From Candidatus Latescibacterota bacterium (GTDB taxonomy: Bacteria; Latescibacterota; UBA2968; UBA8231), in the NCBI GenBank assembly GCA_965203175.1, contig OZ241867.1, positions 3,936,001 to 4,000,000 on the forward strand: 64,000 nucleotides of DNA, written 5' to 3'. How positions within the stretch are numbered: position 1 is the first letter of the stretch; each line of letters begins with the position of its first letter. The notes below the pieces were generated by a model. It saw only the letters and a program-made list of their open reading frames with translations, was not told the origin of the DNA and ran no database searches. The translations under genes were made by a program, and so were the position numbers. This document shows positions 11,593 through 21,702 of the stretch, one piece after another.

Positions 11593-12951
11593 GTGAAACG
11601 AGGAGATCGTATCGAGGTCGAGGTTGCCGCCCTCACCTCCAAGGGCGACGGGATGGCGTACGTCGGGCACCGCGAGGTCGTCGTGCGTCAGTCTGTTCCC
11701 GGGGATCGGGTCGCTGCCCGGGTCGTAAAGAAGCGCAAAGGGCGCTTCGAGGCCGAGGTGGAGGAGTTCCTCGCAGAAGGCTACAAGCGCGAGGAGCCTC
11801 GCTGCGCCCATTTTGGACATTGCGGCGGCTGTCGCTGGCAGGAATTGCCCTATGCGGCCCAACTCGCCGTCAAGGAGCAGATGGTCGCCAGCGCATTGGC
11901 AACCAGTGGCCTGACGCTGCCGCCCGCAGCGCCGATTTTGCCCAGTCCGACCCCCTTTTTCTATCGCAACAAGATGGAATTTTCCTTTGGCACGGATCGC
12001 GAGGGCTTGTTGCAATTGGGCTTGCACGTGCGCGGGCGTTTCAATTGGATCTTCGATGTCGAAGAGTGCCACCTACAGTCGCGCACTTCCAACCGCATCG
12101 TCGGAGCGACCCGTCGCATCAGCCAAGCGTTGGGCCTGAGCGCGTACGACTTGAAGCGGCACCAAGGGCTGTTGCGCTTCCTAGTCGTACGCGAGGGCAA
12201 GCGGAGTGGAGAAGTGATGGTCAACCTCGTCGTGGCCTCGTATCCCGACCCAGGCGTCCAACAGCTCGCTGAGCAACTATTGGACGCCATACCTGAAATT
12301 GATGTTTTGCTCGTGACCTTACACACCGGCAAGGCCCAAGTAGCGGCTGGGGAGCGCGAGTTTGTGCTCAAGGGAAGTGGGCGCATCACCGAAGTGTGCG
12401 CAAGTCTCGAATTCGACATTTCTCCCCAGTCCTTTTTTCAAACGAATTCGCTGCAAGCCGAGCGGCTCTACGAGGTTATAGCTCGCGTGGCCGGGCCGCA
12501 AAAAGCAGTGCTAGATTTGTACTGCGGCACGGGCAGCATCAGCCTGCTTTTGGCGCGTCAGTCCCAGTTCGTGTTGGGCATCGAAGTAGTGGCTGAAGCG
12601 GTGGAAGACGCTAGGCGCAACGCCGCACGCAATCGGATAGAACACTGCGAGTTCATAGTTGGCGCAGCCGAGGATATACTGGGGGAATTGGCGGTACGAG
12701 GCCAGCATTTTGACTTGGCCGTTGTCGATCCACCGCGGCCTGGGATCCACAAAAAGGCGCTGGCCGGTCTATGCGCGTTGGCACCGCCGCGCATCATTTA
12801 CGTCTCCTGTAATGTTCACGCGCTAGCCGGCGATTTGTGCGCCTTGGGTGAGGCTGGCTACGGCGTCCGCAGCGTGCAGCCCGTAGATATGTTTCCCCAA
12901 ACGCCGCACTGCGAGGTGGTCGTCGAGTTGTGCAAGCAGGTCACCCCGTGA
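11593..12951 (+). CDS. rlmD: 23S rRNA m5U methyltransferase, RlmD/RumA family
   Basis: TRAM N-terminus, CAHFGHCGGC Fe-S motif, YRNKMEF, SFFQTN, DLYCGTG, DPPR, YVSCN, DMFPQTPHCE. Confidence 0.93.
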   Translation: MKRGDRIEVEVAALTSKGDGMAYVGHREVVVRQSVPGDRVAARVVKKRKGRFEAEVEEFLAEGYKREEPRCAHFGHCGGCRWQELPYAAQLAVKEQMVASALATSGLTLPPAAPILPSPTPFFYRNKMEFSFGTDREGLLQLGLHVRGRFNWIFDVEECHLQSRTSNRIVGATRRISQALGLSAYDLKRHQGLLRFLVVREGKRSGEVMVNLVVASYPDPGVQQLAEQLLDAIPEIDVLLVTLHTGKAQVAAGEREFVLKGSGRITEVCASLEFDISPQSFFQTNSLQAERLYEVIARVAGPQKAVLDLYCGTGSISLLLARQSQFVLGIEVVAEAVEDARRNAARNRIEHCEFIVGAAEDILGELAVRGQHFDLAVVDPPRPGIHKKALAGLCALAPPRIIYVSCNVHALAGDLCALGEAGYGVRSVQPVDMFPQTPHCEVVVELCKQVTP

Positions 12952-14318
12952 GCCAGAAGCGCCATACGCAGCCTCGGGTCTTGGTCGTGCTGCCCGAATC
13001 CCAGCAATCCCGGGCGCTGATTTTCTATCTTGAACAGCGAGCATATGAAGTACTCTGGGCGCACGAGGGGCAGAGCGCGTACGACATCCTCGACGCAGAT
13101 GCGGTTGACGCGCTGATCTACGCCCTGCGCGAAAAGCGCATCGACGGATTGCGAGTCCAGCAACTCGCCCACAGGCGAAATCCGGCCATCTGCGCCATTG
13201 CCATTGCCGGGCCCGAAGACATTGAGCTGGGGGTTGAAGCGATGCGCCAGGGGGCCTACGACTTTCAGCTACAGCCGCTAAATTTGGCCAAGGTCGGCGC
13301 GGTGTTGGAAAAGGGACTGAGCTACCAGCAGCTAGTAGGGGAAGTCTCGGATCTACAGCGTCGCTTGGACGAGCGTTATCGCTTTGACGACATCGCCCGT
13401 CGCTCATCGCCTTGGCAGCGCATTTATCTCCAGGTCGAACAGGTAGCCCAATCGAAGACCAGTGTTCTGATCTCCGGCGAGACCGGCACGGGCAAGGGCG
13501 AGGTGGCAAAGGCCATCCACCAACGGAGTAGACGGCGAGAAAACGCCTTCGTCGAGATCAACTGCGGCGCCCTGCCAGAGAGCCTAGTCGAAAACGAGTT
13601 GTTCGGCCACGAAAAAGGGGCCTATACCGGGGCCGGAACAGCGCGCAAAGGCCGCTTTGAACTGGCCGATCAAGGCACTTTGTTCCTCGACGAAGTGGGG
13701 GACATTCCCCTGCCGACGCAAGTGAAATTGCTGAGAGTGATTCAGGACGGCTGCTTTGAGCGGATCGGCGGCACCCAGACTCGGCGGGCCGATGTGCGCT
13801 TGATCGCGGCGACGCACCGCGATCTCGAAGCCATGGTACGGGAAGGCTCCTTCCGGGCAGACCTCTTCTACCGGCTCAACGTGATCAAGGTCGAAGTGCC
13901 GCCACTGCGCGAGTGTCGCGAGGACATACCCATTTTGGTCGATGCGTTCATCCGGCAGTTCGCCGCGGAGAACAACAAGCGCATCGCGGGCATTCGGCCG
14001 CGAGCTTTAGACGTGTTGCGCGATTACGATTGGCCGGGCAATGTGCGGGAATTGAAAAACTGCATCGAGGGCATGGTCGTCATGTGCGCCCGCGAAGGCG
14101 TACTGGAGGTCGGGGACATCCCGCGCTATATAAACCGCCAAGAGCGCGTTTTTTCCGGGTTGGGTTTTCGCGTCGGCATGAGCATGGCCGAGATCGAGCA
14201 GATGGCCATTGCCGAGACGCTGAAGGCGGTTGGCAACGACCGACGGCGCGCGGCCGAAATTCTGCAAATCGGCCTCAGTACACTCTACCGCAAGGTAAAG
14301 CAGCACGGCGGGACTTAA
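12948..14318 (+). CDS. Sigma54-dependent transcriptional activator (NtrC/AtoC-like) with atypical receiver domain
   Basis: GETGTGKG, ELFGHEKGAYTGA, LFLDEVG, FRADLFYRLNV, WPGNVREL, Fis HTH; GTGA overlap with rlmD. Confidence 0.93.
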   Translation: MSQKRHTQPRVLVVLPESQQSRALIFYLEQRAYEVLWAHEGQSAYDILDADAVDALIYALREKRIDGLRVQQLAHRRNPAICAIAIAGPEDIELGVEAMRQGAYDFQLQPLNLAKVGAVLEKGLSYQQLVGEVSDLQRRLDERYRFDDIARRSSPWQRIYLQVEQVAQSKTSVLISGETGTGKGEVAKAIHQRSRRRENAFVEINCGALPESLVENELFGHEKGAYTGAGTARKGRFELADQGTLFLDEVGDIPLPTQVKLLRVIQDGCFERIGGTQTRRADVRLIAATHRDLEAMVREGSFRADLFYRLNVIKVEVPPLRECREDIPILVDAFIRQFAAENNKRIAGIRPRALDVLRDYDWPGNVRELKNCIEGMVVMCAREGVLEVGDIPRYINRQERVFSGLGFRVGMSMAEIEQMAIAETLKAVGNDRRRAAEILQIGLSTLYRKVKQHGGT

Positions 14319-15820
14319 CTTCGTTGATTGTAGTAGTATTTGACGAGCGCGTTGAGTGCTTCTTGAGGATCGGCGACTACATCGGCGTCAATGCAAAACT
14401 GGCTCAACCCAGCCAGTTTGAGGCCGTGTCCGTAGTCGCTGAACATTTCTTCGCACAATTCGCCGGGTGCGATGTTCCGCGTGTTGGCTAGGGCCTCGAT
14501 TTGCGCGGAAGCTTCCGGCGTGATCTCCAAGGCGATGTCGTGTTCGCGTTGAAAGTTGTCGAGAAAGCGGCGCAGCGAGGTGTCTTGGAGCAAGCGCTCC
14601 AGACCGGTCGTAGGATCCAGTACGGTATCGGCGTCGACCGTAAAGCCTTCGACGCCGACGGAAGGGAGTTTTTTTTCGTAGTTGATCAGTACCTTTTCAA
14701 TAGCGCTGACCAAGCCTCGAGCGCCGATGTGCTCGGCGTGGGCGCGCTCGGCTAACAGGGCTAGGGCCTCGTCGGCAAATTCGATCTCAATGTCATAAGC
14801 GCGGAAGTCGCGCTTTTTGGACAGAATGACGCTACTTTTAGGATTGCGAAGGATTTCGAGGAGATCTTCGGGGCCGAGACCGTGCAGCACGGCGATGACG
14901 GGCAAGCGGCCGATGAATTCGGACTCGAATCCGTATTCGATCAGGTCCTCGGCCCGCACATGGGACAGAAGCTGATCGGCATCGAGATGGGCCGGGTCGG
15001 CTTGGGAGCGGAACCCCATGGTACCTTTGTTGAGCCGGCGACCGATGATTTCGTCGAGCCCGGAAAAGGCCCCGCTAACAATAAAGAGGATATTGCGAGT
15101 GTTGACCTTCTGGCGTTCGATCTTGCCCGTCTGCTGCATCTGGATGACGGATTCCATCTGCGAGGCAATGTCGTGCGGGGCCTTGAGGTCGACGTCGGTT
15201 TCCTCCATCAGCTTGAGCAGGTTGCGCTGAACGCCCGAGCGCGAGACATCTGGGCCGTGTACTCCCTGCGCGGAGGCGATTTTGTCGATTTCGTCGATGT
15301 ATATGATGCCGTACTGGGCGCGTTCAATGTCTCCGTTGGCCTCGCGGACTAGGTCGCGGACCAAGTCTTCGACATCGCCGCCGACATAGCCGGTCTCGCT
15401 GAATTTAGTGGCGTCGCCCTTGACAAAAGGAACGCCGATTTTGCGGGCGATGAGACGGATTAGATAGGTTTTGCCTACACCAGTAGGGCCGATCATCAGC
15501 ACGTTGTTCTTGATGTTGCCGACAAATCCCTCGTCTTCTTCCGGGGGCAGTTTCAGGCGGTTGAAATGCGTGCAGATCTTGGTGGCGAGAATGGCCTTGG
15601 CTTCTTGCTGCTTGATGACGTATTGATCGAGATAGGCCTCTAATTCTTCCGGTTTGAGGTCGAAGTGGATGGCCTCGGACTCGACCGTCTGCGTACCTTC
15701 ACCTTCGGTAGAGGAAGCCTCGGGTTGAGCTGGCGCTTGCTCTTGTTCTTCGATTTGTCTAGCTAGGAGGCGACGCAGTTTTTCTGGGTCAATCTCCACT
15801 TTTTCGGCACGCGGTCGCAT
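14315..15820 (-). CDS. ClpX-like AAA+ ATPase without N-terminal zinc-binding domain
   Basis: YVIKQQEAK, GPTGVGKT, DATKFSETGYVGGDVE, IDEIDKI, EFIGRLP, GARGL. Confidence 0.88.
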   Translation of the reverse strand: MRPRAEKVEIDPEKLRRLLARQIEEQEQAPAQPEASSTEGEGTQTVESEAIHFDLKPEELEAYLDQYVIKQQEAKAILATKICTHFNRLKLPPEEDEGFVGNIKNNVLMIGPTGVGKTYLIRLIARKIGVPFVKGDATKFSETGYVGGDVEDLVRDLVREANGDIERAQYGIIYIDEIDKIASAQGVHGPDVSRSGVQRNLLKLMEETDVDLKAPHDIASQMESVIQMQQTGKIERQKVNTRNILFIVSGAFSGLDEIIGRRLNKGTMGFRSQADPAHLDADQLLSHVRAEDLIEYGFESEFIGRLPVIAVLHGLGPEDLLEILRNPKSSVILSKKRDFRAYDIEIEFADEALALLAERAHAEHIGARGLVSAIEKVLINYEKKLPSVGVEGFTVDADTVLDPTTGLERLLQDTSLRRFLDNFQREHDIALEITPEASAQIEALANTRNIAPGELCEEMFSDYGHGLKLAGLSQFCIDADVVADPQEALNALVKYYYNQRS

Positions 15821-15844
15821 ATATTTAACCTAAAGAGGTTGGAA

Positions 15845-17848
15845 ATGTTGTGGCGTAAAAAATATACTCGTCCCCTCAGATGTGGACAACCTAAGCCTCG
15901 TTTCTTTTTCTTTTATATACAGCGAACAGCTCGGTATTTATGCCTAGTTCTCGCGGCAGTGCTGGCACCGGCTCTTGCCGAAGGACAGGCGTACACGTGG
16001 ACGTACTCGGTCGACGCCGAAAAGGTTTTTGGCAATGGGCTTGCAGCTTATAAACAGGGGCGTTTCGACGAGGCTCTCAATCACCTGCGGCAGCTAGCGG
16101 GGCTCCCGCTCAACCAGCGGTCCAGCGTTGGTCAGTTCCTCGTGGGAAAAGCTCTGTACAGCCTGGGGCACTTTGCCGATGCCATCGACGCGGCCTTGGC
16201 CTTGCAGCGCCAGTTTCCCGCGAGTCGCTACCTGCCCGACTCCCGCCTGTTGATCGGCGATTCGTTTTTCAACATCAAGCACTACGACGAGGCCGTGTCC
16301 CAGTACGGTCGTTTGCTGGCCACGCCGGCTCCTCTCGGCATCCAGGCCCAAGCGGCCGAGCGGTTGGCGGCCATGGTTTGGAACGGACAGATAAAAGAAC
16401 AAGAGCTGACGCGCTTGCGTCAGGCCGTGGGGGCTAGACGGCTGCGCGAGGCTCTGTTCTTCGGCCGGGCGCGCTGGTATCAGCGCCTCGGCTGGCAAGA
16501 GGAAGCCGCCCAAGCGATGCAGACTTATCGCGATAGCGTCGTCAGTGGCATATTCGCTCCGATAGCCGCCGTCTGGGGGAGCGATCTGACCGCATATAGC
16601 CCGCGTGGTGGCGCGGGATCGCCCCGGCTGGGCTTGCTGCTGCCCCTTACTGGGCCGGACCAACAGTACGGCGAAGAACTCCACCAGGGCGTAATGTTGG
16701 CCAATCGAGAGGCCGGCAGTCCTTTCGAACTCGTAATTGCCGACACCGGGATTGACTACGGGAATTTGCCCATCGCGACCGAGCGCGGCGACGACGTCAG
16801 CGAAAGCCCCGCCAGCGGTTTGTTGCGCGTGGCGCGCGGTGCCCAGCGGCTGCTGGATCAAGGCGTCGTGGCCATCGTCGGCCCGCTCAGGAGCAGATCT
16901 AGTGTGGTAGCAGCCACGGTCACGGCGCGCGCTGGCGTTCCCCTGCTGGTGCCGCTGGCTCAACAGAGCGGCTTGGATTCGCTCGGCCACAGCGTTTTCC
17001 AGTTGAGCACAGTCTCGAAAACAGAGGCGCGTCTGCTGGGCGAGTACGCGACTCTCGTCCTCGGCTTGGAGCACTTAGCGATCATTTCCCCTCTCAGCGA
17101 CTACGGCTGGGATTTCGCGCGCGAGTTCACCCGCATTGCCGAGCGCAACGGCGGCCAGATCGCGCACAGCGATTGGTATGTGCCCAAAAAGACCACGGAT
17201 TTCCGCCACGTCTTCGAGGAGATTCGCAAGGCCGGTTTTGCGCTGAGGCCGCCGCCGCCCGATACGCTTGAAGTGGTCGAGGGAGAGCCAGAAGTCGAGG
17301 GAGAGCCAGAAGTCGAGGAAGAGCTAAAAGCGGACATGTTCATCGACACCATCGACGGGGTGGTGGTGGTGGTCGAGAGATTTGAAGATGCCAAAACAAT
17401 TGCACCGCAAGTGCATTTTCACCGCTTGCAGACTCAAGTCCTCGGCAACGATGCTTGGTGGGATCCCGAGGCCATTCGCCAGATGCGCCCGGGCGAGCGC
17501 AAGAATTTCGACGGGGTCATTTTCGTTTCCGCGCGGCAGACTGAGTCTGCGGCCGCGCGGTCGTTTGTCAGCTCCTTTCGCAAACAATTCCGCCGCGACC
17601 CGCTCTACTCGGCGACTAGCTACGACGCCACCCACTTGCTCATTGATGGATGGGAACAAGGGTACCGCGATCCAGCCGCACTGATCGAGTGGTTGGCCTC
17701 GGTCCGTTTCTACGAAGGAGCCTCGGGCACCATTTCCCTGTCGCCGGACGTGCGCTCCAACAGCGCGCTGACCTTGCTCAAAATCGAGCGCGACAAGGTG
17801 CGCTCTCTCGACACGGGCGATCTCCCGAAAATGGGTGGCGCCGAATAG
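15845..17848 (+). CDS. TPR plus periplasmic-binding-fold protein (LpoA/LppC-like); start uncertain
   Basis: Signal-like hydrophobic stretch, TPR repeats, LGLLLPLTG, AIVGPL, YDAT, YEGASGTI. Confidence 0.7.
   Translation: MLWRKKYTRPLRCGQPKPRFFFFYIQRTARYLCLVLAAVLAPALAEGQAYTWTYSVDAEKVFGNGLAAYKQGRFDEALNHLRQLAGLPLNQRSSVGQFLVGKALYSLGHFADAIDAALALQRQFPASRYLPDSRLLIGDSFFNIKHYDEAVSQYGRLLATPAPLGIQAQAAERLAAMVWNGQIKEQELTRLRQAVGARRLREALFFGRARWYQRLGWQEEAAQAMQTYRDSVVSGIFAPIAAVWGSDLTAYSPRGGAGSPRLGLLLPLTGPDQQYGEELHQGVMLANREAGSPFELVIADTGIDYGNLPIATERGDDVSESPASGLLRVARGAQRLLDQGVVAIVGPLRSRSSVVAATVTARAGVPLLVPLAQQSGLDSLGHSVFQLSTVSKTEARLLGEYATLVLGLEHLAIISPLSDYGWDFAREFTRIAERNGGQIAHSDWYVPKKTTDFRHVFEEIRKAGFALRPPPPDTLEVVEGEPEVEGEPEVEEELKADMFIDTIDGVVVVVERFEDAKTIAPQVHFHRLQTQVLGNDAWWDPEAIRQMRPGERKNFDGVIFVSARQTESAAARSFVSSFRKQFRRDPLYSATSYDATHLLIDGWEQGYRDPAALIEWLASVRFYEGASGTISLSPDVRSNSALTLLKIERDKVRSLDTGDLPKMGGAE
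17276..17318 (+). repeat. 18-bp in-frame tandem repeat, about 2.4 copies (VEGEPE)
   Basis: GTCGAGGGAGAGCCAGAA x2 followed by GTCGAGG. Confidence 0.9.
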
Positions 17849-17937
17849 GACGCGTCGCGTCGCCAAGTATTGCGTCCCTAGTTGACCGAATTTATATTAT
17901 TTAGTTTGTATTTTTAGTTATAACAAGAGCCAACGCC

Positions 17938-18225
17938 ATGCCCACATACGAATACGAATGCCAGCAGTGCGGCCACCGCTTTGAAGAGTTTCAGAGCATC
18001 ACAGCCGAACCGCGCCAGACCTGCCCGGAAGCAAATTGTACAGGCCCAGTCAAGCGGCTCATCGGCATGGGCGGTGGTTTGCTGTTCAAGGGGACGGGCT
18101 TTTACATAACCGACTATCGCAGCGATGGATACCAAAAGGCGGCTAAGGCCGACAAAGACAGCGGCAGCAGCAAGGCGTCCGACAAAAAGGGCGATAGCAA
18201 AGCGAAGGCCGCCAAACCCGATTGA
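17938..18225 (+). CDS. FmdB-family zinc-ribbon protein
   Basis: [12 protein letters not shown]...CP...[12 protein letters not shown], low-complexity tail. Confidence 0.92.
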   Translation: MPTYEYECQQCGHRFEEFQSITAEPRQTCPEANCTGPVKRLIGMGGGLLFKGTGFYITDYRSDGYQKAAKADKDSGSSKASDKKGDSKAKAAKPD

Positions 18226-18260
18226 GGAACTTTCCTGCGCGATGCGTGGTTAAAACGTAG

Positions 18261-18752
18261 ATGTGGTCGAGGATATTACTAGGAATTTTTATCGCCGGTT
18301 CTTGGTGGGTAGGTTGCAGCCAGCAAAGCGCTGAAGAGCTGTTCGCAGCCGGCGAGGTCGCAGCGGCCGATCCCGCCACAGCCGACCAAGCAGTCGCGCA
18401 TTTTACGGCTTTTCTCGAGCGCTTTAGCCAATCTCCCAAAGCCCCAGAGGCGCTGAGAAAACTTGCCGCCCTAGCCCAGCAGCAAGGGAAGATGCAGGAG
18501 GCCATCGGTTATTACGAGCGCGTGTTGGTTGAATATCCCGTTAGCGGGCACGGCGACGAAGCTCAATTTATGATCGCCTTTATATATGAAGAGTACATCC
18601 GCGACCTAGAAAAAGCGCGGCGGGCCTACCAGCGCGTGATTGAGAACTACCCAGATTCCGAACTCGCGACTAGCGCTCGACACCTGCTGCCCAACGTCGG
18701 ACGCACTCCCCAAGAATGGGTTCAATTTCAAGACGAGGTCGCCGCTCCGTAA
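18261..18752 (+). CDS. TPR lipoprotein (CpoB/BamD-like)
   Basis: Lipobox-like WVGC; TPR motifs ending YP.S. Confidence 0.75.
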   Translation: MWSRILLGIFIAGSWWVGCSQQSAEELFAAGEVAAADPATADQAVAHFTAFLERFSQSPKAPEALRKLAALAQQQGKMQEAIGYYERVLVEYPVSGHGDEAQFMIAFIYEEYIRDLEKARRAYQRVIENYPDSELATSARHLLPNVGRTPQEWVQFQDEVAAP

Positions 18753-18795
18753 CACGTTAGAAAATTGCCCTAGAGATTTAAGGCAGATGGGCCCA

Positions 18796-18826
18796 GCCGC
18801 TTGCGAATCCGCAGGGCGGTTTTTTA
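18796..18826 (+). terminator. Probable intrinsic terminator
   Basis: CCGCTTGCG-AATC-CGCAGGGCGG bulged stem followed by T6. Confidence 0.65.
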
Positions 18827-18862
18827 TTGGCTGAGTCCTAAAGCACGTCGAGAATACAGCCG

Positions 18863-19861
18863 ATGACGCAAACAACAATAGACATTCACGCCATTAGCGA
18901 ACAGGTCCAGCGCGAGAGCGCGGTGGTAGAGCGCATCTTGCAGGAAATGGACCGGGTCATCGTCGGCCAACGCGCCATGGTGGAGCGGATCCTGATGGGG
19001 CTATTGTGCAACGGCCACATTCTCCTCGAAGGGGTGCCCGGACTAGCCAAGACCCTGACGGTGGCGACGCTGGCGAGGATCGTGGCGGCCCAGTTCAAGC
19101 GAATCCAGTTTACCCCCGATCTTTTGCCCGCCGATCTGACCGGGACCACCATCTACAACCAGCACCAAGGGGTTTTCATTCCCAAGAAAGGCCCGATTTT
19201 TGCCCATTTGATCTTGGCCGACGAAATAAACCGAGCACCAGCCAAAGTGCAGAGTGCGCTGTTGGAGTGCATGCAGGAGCGGCAGGTGACCATCGGCGAG
19301 GAAACCTACGCGCTCGACGACCCGTTCTTGGTCATGGCCACCCAGAACCCGATTGATCAAGAGGGAACCTACCCGCTGCCCGAGGCCCAAGTCGATCGCT
19401 TCATGCTCAAGGTGAAAGTCGATTACCCGTCGCGCGCTGAGGAACGGTTGATCTTAGACCGCATGGCCAACGACAGTCTGATTGAGGTAGAGCAAGCGGT
19501 GGGTATCGACGAAATACGCCGCCTGCGCGAGGTGGTGGAGATCGTCTATATCGACGACAAGATCAAGGATTACATTGTCGATCTCGTCCAGGCCACCCGG
19601 CGACCGGCCGATTACGGGCTGGCCGACATGGAGCCGCTGATCGAGTACGGGGCCTCGCCGCGGGCCGCTATTTTCCTCGTTCGCACGGCGCGCGCCCACG
19701 CCTTCATCCAGCGCCGCGGCTACGTCACCCCGGAAGATGTCAAGGCCGTGGGGGCCGATGTGCTCAGGCATCGGATCATTGCCTCGTACGAGGCCGAGGC
19801 CGAGGAAATCGACAGCGATCACATCGTGCAGCAGCTTTTCGACCACATCGAAGTTCCCTAA
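18863..19861 (+). CDS. MoxR-family AAA+ ATPase
   Basis: LEGVPGLAKT, RIQFTPDLLPAD, ADEINRAPAKVQSALLE, ATQNP, GASPRA. Confidence 0.96.
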   Translation: MTQTTIDIHAISEQVQRESAVVERILQEMDRVIVGQRAMVERILMGLLCNGHILLEGVPGLAKTLTVATLARIVAAQFKRIQFTPDLLPADLTGTTIYNQHQGVFIPKKGPIFAHLILADEINRAPAKVQSALLECMQERQVTIGEETYALDDPFLVMATQNPIDQEGTYPLPEAQVDRFMLKVKVDYPSRAEERLILDRMANDSLIEVEQAVGIDEIRRLREVVEIVYIDDKIKDYIVDLVQATRRPADYGLADMEPLIEYGASPRAAIFLVRTARAHAFIQRRGYVTPEDVKAVGADVLRHRIIASYEAEAEEIDSDHIVQQLFDHIEVP

Positions 19862-19880
19862 AGCCAAGGCGAGCCGAGCC

Positions 19881-20756
19881 GTGATTCCCAAAGAGATACT
19901 CGACAAAGTTCGCCTGATCGAGATTCACACCCGCAGCATGGTGAACAACCTCTTCGCCGGAGAATACCACTCGGCGTTCAAGGGGCGGGGGATGGAGTTT
20001 GCCGAGGCGCGCGAATATCAGCCCGGCGACGACGTGCGCCACATCGACTGGAACGTGACGGCACGGGTGGGCGCGCCCTTCATCAAAATATTCGACGAGG
20101 AGCGCGAGTTGACCGCGGTGCTGGTGGTAGATGCCAGCGCGTCTGGGGCCTTTGGCTCACAGCAGCAGATGAAGGGGGAAATTGGGGTCGAAGTTTCGGC
20201 GCTGTTGGCCTTTAGTGCGATCAAGAACAACGACCGAGTGGGACTGCTCATCTTCACCGACGAGGTCGAGGTCTTCGTGCCGCCGAAAAAGGGGCGCAAG
20301 CACGTGCTGCGCGTGTTGCGCGAGTTGCTATACTTTCAGCCGCAGGGGCGCAAGACCTCCATCGCCGGGGCCTTGGAATACCTCAGCCGCGTCCTGCACC
20401 GCCGCAGCGTGATCTTTGTCATCTCCGATTTTCTCGACCAAGACTACGAGCCGGCGCTGCGGCACTTGAGCCAGCGCCACGATTTGATCGCCGTGGTGGT
20501 GAGCGACCCGCGCGAGTGGGAACTCCCCGATGTTGGTTTTATCAACTTGCAAGACGCCGAGACCGGCCAACAGGTGCTCGTCGATAGCGGCCACGAAGGT
20601 GTGCGCGCGTTTTTCGCCGCCGAACAGCGGGCCGCGGCCGAGCGCCGCAGCACCCTATTGCACAAAGCGGGCGTCGACGAAATAGCGATTGATCTGTCGC
20701 GCCCTTATGTCGAACCTCTCATTCACTTTTTTCGCGCGCGGATGCAGCGACACTAA
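19881..20756 (+). CDS. DUF58 (vWA-like) protein
   Basis: GTG at 19881; FKGRGMEFAEAREYQPGDDVRHIDWNVTAR, NDRVGL, ISDF. Confidence 0.93.
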   Translation: MIPKEILDKVRLIEIHTRSMVNNLFAGEYHSAFKGRGMEFAEAREYQPGDDVRHIDWNVTARVGAPFIKIFDEERELTAVLVVDASASGAFGSQQQMKGEIGVEVSALLAFSAIKNNDRVGLLIFTDEVEVFVPPKKGRKHVLRVLRELLYFQPQGRKTSIAGALEYLSRVLHRRSVIFVISDFLDQDYEPALRHLSQRHDLIAVVVSDPREWELPDVGFINLQDAETGQQVLVDSGHEGVRAFFAAEQRAAAERRSTLLHKAGVDEIAIDLSRPYVEPLIHFFRARMQRH

Positions 20757-20768
20757 GGAGGAAGTACG

Positions 20769-21701
20769 GTGATTGAAGTACGCGAACTGTCCAAACACTA
20801 CGGAGATGTCGTCGCCGTGGAGAATGTGTCCTTTAATGTTGACAAGGGCGTCGTCCTCGGTTTCCTCGGGCCGAATGGCGCGGGCAAGACTACGACGATG
20901 CGCATACTTACCTGTTATCTGCCACCTTCGCAGGGCGAAGCCAAAGTCGCTGGTTTCGACATCATCGAAGAATCTATGGAGGTGCGCAAGCGCATCGGCT
21001 ATCTGCCCGAACAGCCGCCGCTCTACCACGATATGACGGTAAACGCCTATTTGCGCTTTGTCGCCAAAATCAAGGGCGTGCCCAGCGCGGCTCTCAACAG
21101 CCGGATCGACGACACCATGGAAAAAACTGGCATTGCCCACCAACGCCACACGGTGATCGGCCACCTGTCTAAGGGCTATCGACAGCGCGTCGGTTTAGCC
21201 CAAGCCCTCGTCCACGAGCCGGAGGTGCTCATTCTCGACGAGCCGACTGTGGGTCTCGACCCCAAGCAGATCATCGAAATCCGCGAGGTCATCAGGGGGC
21301 TGGGGGGCGACCATACGGTCATTCTCAGCACTCATATCCTGTCGGAAGTGAGCATGACCTGCGGGCACGTGGCGATCATCAACAACGGCCGCATCGCCGG
21401 CCAAGGCACGCCCGAAAGCCTCATGGCCCAGCTCAAGGAGGGAGAAGTGCTGCGCGCCCATATAGACGGCCCCAGCGAGCAGGTGCTGGGCATGATCGGC
21501 CAGCTAGAGGGCGTGCTGGAGGTGGAAGCCGGTGGTGAGGAGGGCGCGTACGTGGTGACGAGCGCACCCGGAGCCGATGTGCGCGACGACCTGACCCGCA
21601 AGGTCGTGGAAAGCGGCTTCAGTCTCCGCGAATTGCGGCCGCTCGACATGACCCTTGAAGACATTTTCCTGAGCCTGACTAGCGAGGAGGTAGCAGCTTA
21701 A
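20769..21701 (+). CDS. ABC transporter ATP-binding protein (GldA-like)
   Basis: GPNGAGKTT, LSKGYRQRVGLAQA, LDEPTVGLDP, STH. Confidence 0.93.
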   Translation: MIEVRELSKHYGDVVAVENVSFNVDKGVVLGFLGPNGAGKTTTMRILTCYLPPSQGEAKVAGFDIIEESMEVRKRIGYLPEQPPLYHDMTVNAYLRFVAKIKGVPSAALNSRIDDTMEKTGIAHQRHTVIGHLSKGYRQRVGLAQALVHEPEVLILDEPTVGLDPKQIIEIREVIRGLGGDHTVILSTHILSEVSMTCGHVAIINNGRIAGQGTPESLMAQLKEGEVLRAHIDGPSEQVLGMIGQLEGVLEVEAGGEEGAYVVTSAPGADVRDDLTRKVVESGFSLRELRPLDMTLEDIFLSLTSEEVAA

Positions 21702-21702
21702 A

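Noticed and set aside
16094-17074. Long antisense or alternate-frame ORFs (also 31418-32365, 37731-38669, 46363-47262, 55979-56866, 62094-63122)
   Set aside because: They are shadows of well-supported genes in GC-rich DNA and carry no recognisable motifs.
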